11,591 nucleotides of DNA from Candidatus Poribacteria bacterium. Lineage in GTDB: Bacteria; Poribacteria; WGA-4E; UBA9662. The translations under genes were made by a program, and so were the position numbers. Numbering within the stretch: the first letter of the stretch is position 1; each line of letters starts with the position of its first letter. Below the pieces are notes generated by a model. That model saw nothing but the letters and a program-made list of their open reading frames with translations. It was not told the DNA's origin and did no database searches. Below are positions 8,853 through 11,591 of the stretch, piece by piece. The stretch lies in the NCBI GenBank assembly GCA_046582655.1, contig JAYGDX010000196.1:1-11591 (forward strand), given 5' to 3'.

Positions 8853-8919
8853 ACATCCATTTAGTAAGACATACAATGGTTTCTTACCTCCATACACATC
8901 TATAGTAATCGAACCATGA
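8853..8919 (-). pseudogene. Remnant of the 3' end of a second, related integrase
   Basis: Minus strand translates HGSITIDVYGGKKPLYVLLNGC versus HGSITMDVYGGKKPLDVLLNEC at 10154-10219. Confidence 0.9.
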
Positions 8920-9830
8920 ATGTCATTGAAAAGGTTAAATTTATTATCTTAATACTAAGTGCTTGTACTCTATTATCATTCGGAAAAGATAGTTCATCCC
9001 CATCAGATACAAACTCGCCCTCTATTTCAGATTCAACAACTCCTGTTGTGATGAACAAGCATATCCACAGCAGCTTACCAGCCGATTGGATCAACGAATA
9101 CAATACAATTATGAGCAACCTAAAAAACCTACTACCACTATACCAAACCTACTATAACTCCATAGATATTTATGCCTGGAATGATAAAGTGAGTGACCCT
9201 TACCCAGGAATTGACGGTGGTGCCTACATTTCTGTTAAGAATAACGATAATAATCAAAAATTATTTGTGATTAAAATCAGTAACAATGAGTTTCTCTGTA
9301 ACCATATACATCGTTACTCTGTTATTGCGCATGAATATTTTCATACCTACCAAATGACCTTAAATGGCCATATGAATAAATACGATGACCATCCAACAAG
9401 CTTTAAAACCAAATGGTTAATTGAAGGTGCCGCTGCCTCTTTCGAATCACTCTATACTCAACAATATTTTAATATAAATTATGTTCTATCAGGTCAAACC
9501 AAAGTTGATTCAGATGCCACACAAAATCCAAGTATATTTAAAAACTATGATAGCCAGGATAAGGACGTTAATTATAGCTCATCTGTATTCCTTGTTTTAG
9601 TATTAGTAAAAGAATTGCAATTAGCAGGGCATTCTGAAGCAGAAACTTTTAAGCTCATTTTCAAAGATTTTATGCAAGCAAACCCTAATAAAAAAACCTG
9701 GCAAGATGTATTTCAGACCACATTTAATATGTCTGTAAGTGATTTTTATACTAAAGTTAGTAGCTATAATCCTTCTATCAACACTGTTTTACCTAGCACC
9801 TCTCTTACTTTGGAATCAATTTTTAACTAA
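8916..9830 (+). CDS. Exported (possibly lipoprotein) gluzincin-like zinc metallopeptidase
   Basis: N-terminal hydrophobic segment with LSAC, Ser/Thr/Pro linker, HEYFH (HEXXH) and downstream WLIEGAA third-ligand motif. Confidence 0.75.
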   Translation: MNVIEKVKFIILILSACTLLSFGKDSSSPSDTNSPSISDSTTPVVMNKHIHSSLPADWINEYNTIMSNLKNLLPLYQTYYNSIDIYAWNDKVSDPYPGIDGGAYISVKNNDNNQKLFVIKISNNEFLCNHIHRYSVIAHEYFHTYQMTLNGHMNKYDDHPTSFKTKWLIEGAAASFESLYTQQYFNINYVLSGQTKVDSDATQNPSIFKNYDSQDKDVNYSSSVFLVLVLVKELQLAGHSEAETFKLIFKDFMQANPNKKTWQDVFQTTFNMSVSDFYTKVSSYNPSINTVLPSTSLTLESIFN

Positions 9831-9949
9831 TATCCGACCAATCCAAATTCGGTTCTGATTTTTTCTGATTCTTCATCAATCCTACCTTATGGTGTTTTGG
9901 GCTAAAAACCCAATGAAGTTAGGATTTTGGATACAGGATTCAACCAAGA

Positions 9950-10007
9950 CTTTACAGGTCGAATATGTTTTACCACCACCAGGTGTAACATCGACCAGGC
10001 AGAGGAT
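9950..10007 (+). repeat. Hairpin H9 (diverged, with compensatory changes)
   Basis: GGTCGA(ATA)TGTT..AACATCGACC followed by AGGCAGAGGAT. Confidence 0.65.
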
Positions 10008-10055
10008 CAATTAATAAGGAAGATCTTTGGGCTTGCTAATCAGATGTGAACCACA

Positions 10056-10099
10056 AGGGGTAAAGATTACTATAATAATATATAGTCTTTCTTACCCTT
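10056..10099. repeat. Palindrome P4 just downstream of the integrase stop
   Basis: GGGTAA-AGATT-ACTATA-ATAATA-TATAGT-CTTTC-TTACCC, nested within TGTGAACCACA (10045-10055) / TGTGGTCACA (10114-10123). Confidence 0.7.
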
Positions 10100-10138
10100 T
10101 AGACCTTTCATCCTGTGGTCACAATTTGATCTACAAGC

Positions 10139-11482
10139 CTAAATCTTAACTACACATTCATTCAATAATACATCTAATGGTTTCTTCCCTCCATATACAT
10201 CCATAGTAATCGAACCATGAGAATGACCAATCAATTCTCTAATAAACGGTTCATAAACCTTCTTGGTGATTAGTTTATTGACCACTGTATGCCTAAAGGA
10301 ATGGAAGTTCTTGCCCTTCTTTTTAATTCCCAACTTCTTCAAATACTTAGCAAACCACCTGCTAATCATTGTTCCGTAACCTGTACTTTTCATTTTCTTT
10401 AAGTTGGGGAATAGTTTCTTGTGGTTGGCATTTCTAATCTGCTCAACATAACTCAAAAACTCAAGTTCCAATAACTTGGGATGAAGTGGAACAGATCTAT
10501 TGCCAGCTTCAGTTTTTATACTCTTATCCTCTGAATCGCTACTCAGATTCATTAGCCAAATCCCATCAGATTCTTGAATATCCATCACATCCAACTGACA
10601 AATCTCGTTTAATCTTGCCCCAGACTATGCTGACAGCATAGTCACCCAATATCTTTCAGGTTTGTTTTGTGCCAATGATTCTGTTTTTAAAGCATCACCT
10701 AAAATCAGATTCAATTCTTGGTCTGTGAAATGCTTCTCAACCACTTCTGTCTTTCGGATGGGTTCAAGTTTTCCTCTAAATACATTTTGTGAGGTATATC
10801 CTTGCTTTATTGCCCAATTGAATAATGCTGACACTCTTTCTGTATGTTTGAGGATTGTTTTATGGCTTAATGTCTGTGTGTGCTGTAGTTGTAATAGTTG
10901 TTCAATTGTTAGCCTGGAATAACTCTTACTTCGATTGACAGGCAATTTCTTTAGTACCTCCACAAAATTTCTGCCATCTTCATGAGTCAAAGAATCAATA
11001 GCTACATCACCTAAAACAGATATGGCAAGTTTATGAGTGTCATGATAGCCATTGATGGTTTTAGAAGGATAACCTGCTTCAGTTTTGGCATTCAGAAATT
11101 TAGTTGAGAGTTGAGACAGAGAAATACCAGATGAAGTTTGATCGTTTAAAGTTTCTACTAGGTTCTGATTATTGGATGGTTTTGCTTCTTGGATCTTGGG
11201 ATGTTTAGCAGGATTTAACTTGGCTAATTCTGAACGTAACCTTTCTTTAATCTAATCAACAGTAGACCTAAGATGATCAGAGTTATCCCTCAGTTGATCA
11301 TAAAGGTGTTGAGATAGATTATAGAGATGTGAGGAAAGTAATTTGGCTTGTTTCAGAATTCTACATCTTAAAGACAATTGGAATTCTTTAGTACCTAGTA
11401 GTAATTGTAAGTCTTTGGGAACTATTGAACGGAAGGAATAACTACCACCTGTGTGACGAAAACCTAAATAGGTATGAGACAC
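10139..11482 (-). pseudogene. int: Tyrosine recombinase/integrase with DUF6538-like N-terminus, two in-frame TAG stops
   Basis: The three listed ORFs are in one frame, with TAG at 11252-11254 and 10625-10627 (LSA*SGARLNE, where Tyr is expected). Catalytic R, K (IKT), HSFR, GH and Y (DVYG) are present. N-terminus YSFRSIVPKDLQ..GTKEFQLSL. Start uncertain (GTG 11482 or TTG 11521). Confidence 0.9.
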
Positions 11483-11582
11483 GATCAAATGTGACCTCAC
11501 CTGTGACCAAAGTAGACACAACTAAGAATCAGACTTTATAAAACCGCGTCAAACCCTGATAGTTAATGAGCTTAAGAGAGAA

Positions 11583-11591
11583 TGGCGGAAG
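11583..11591 (-). tRNA. Probable 3' end of tRNA-Sec or tRNA-Ser, or its att-core duplicate; truncated by the window edge
   Basis: Minus strand reads CTTCCGCCA (acceptor end, G discriminator, CCA) about 100 bp upstream of the integrase; only 9 nt visible. Confidence 0.45.

Larger units (their letters stand above)
1..11591. mobile_element. Integrative element / genomic island (satellite- or IME-like) with integrase, cargo array and primase-helicase; left boundary outside the window
   Basis: Tyrosine integrase next to a probable tRNA 3' end, a replication gene at the other side, heterogeneous cargo, many pseudogenes and repeats in between. Confidence 0.75.

Noticed and set aside
1954..10007. 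Canonical integron attC sites
   Set aside because: Core order is GTT...AAC rather than RYYYAAC...GTTRRRY, and the integrase shows no IntI-specific insertion before HxxR.
2855..10922. Antisense ORFs 2855-3097, 3815-4012, 8900-9118, 10662-10922
   Set aside because: Shadows of better-supported genes on the opposite strand.
10139..11482. TAG recoding or readthrough of the integrase
   Set aside because: One TAG replaces a conserved Tyr while the other lies in a linker helix, and TAG is the normal stop of several intact genes here (3554, 8306); nonsense decay is simpler.

Overview
AT-rich window that looks like part of a decaying integrative element. At the right edge is a probable tRNA 3' end (CTTCCGCCA, minus strand), followed by a DUF6538-type tyrosine integrase broken by two in-frame TAG stops. 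At the left is a twice-frameshifted AEP primase / helix-bundle / Cys-rich SF2 helicase fusion that runs off the window. Both core genes are on the minus strand. Between them are six cargo genes or fragments, all on the plus strand: two secreted LamG-like proteins, a small lipoprotein pseudogene, a class III cyclase-TolB-like-TPR protein, a 5'-truncated FlgD-Ig-like fragment and an HEXXH metallopeptidase. The main unexplained feature is that every cargo gene is bracketed by a diverged family of ~55-65 bp imperfect hairpins (about 10 copies, consensus TGCC..ATGTTAG-loop-CAACAT..GGCAGAGGAT), most followed by one of two conserved tails. A second family of ~40 bp GGTAA..TATA..TTACC palindromes is also present. 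The layout resembles an integron cassette array but has neither IntI nor canonical attC sites. The LamG and FlgD motifs suggest a Poribacteria-like host (inference).
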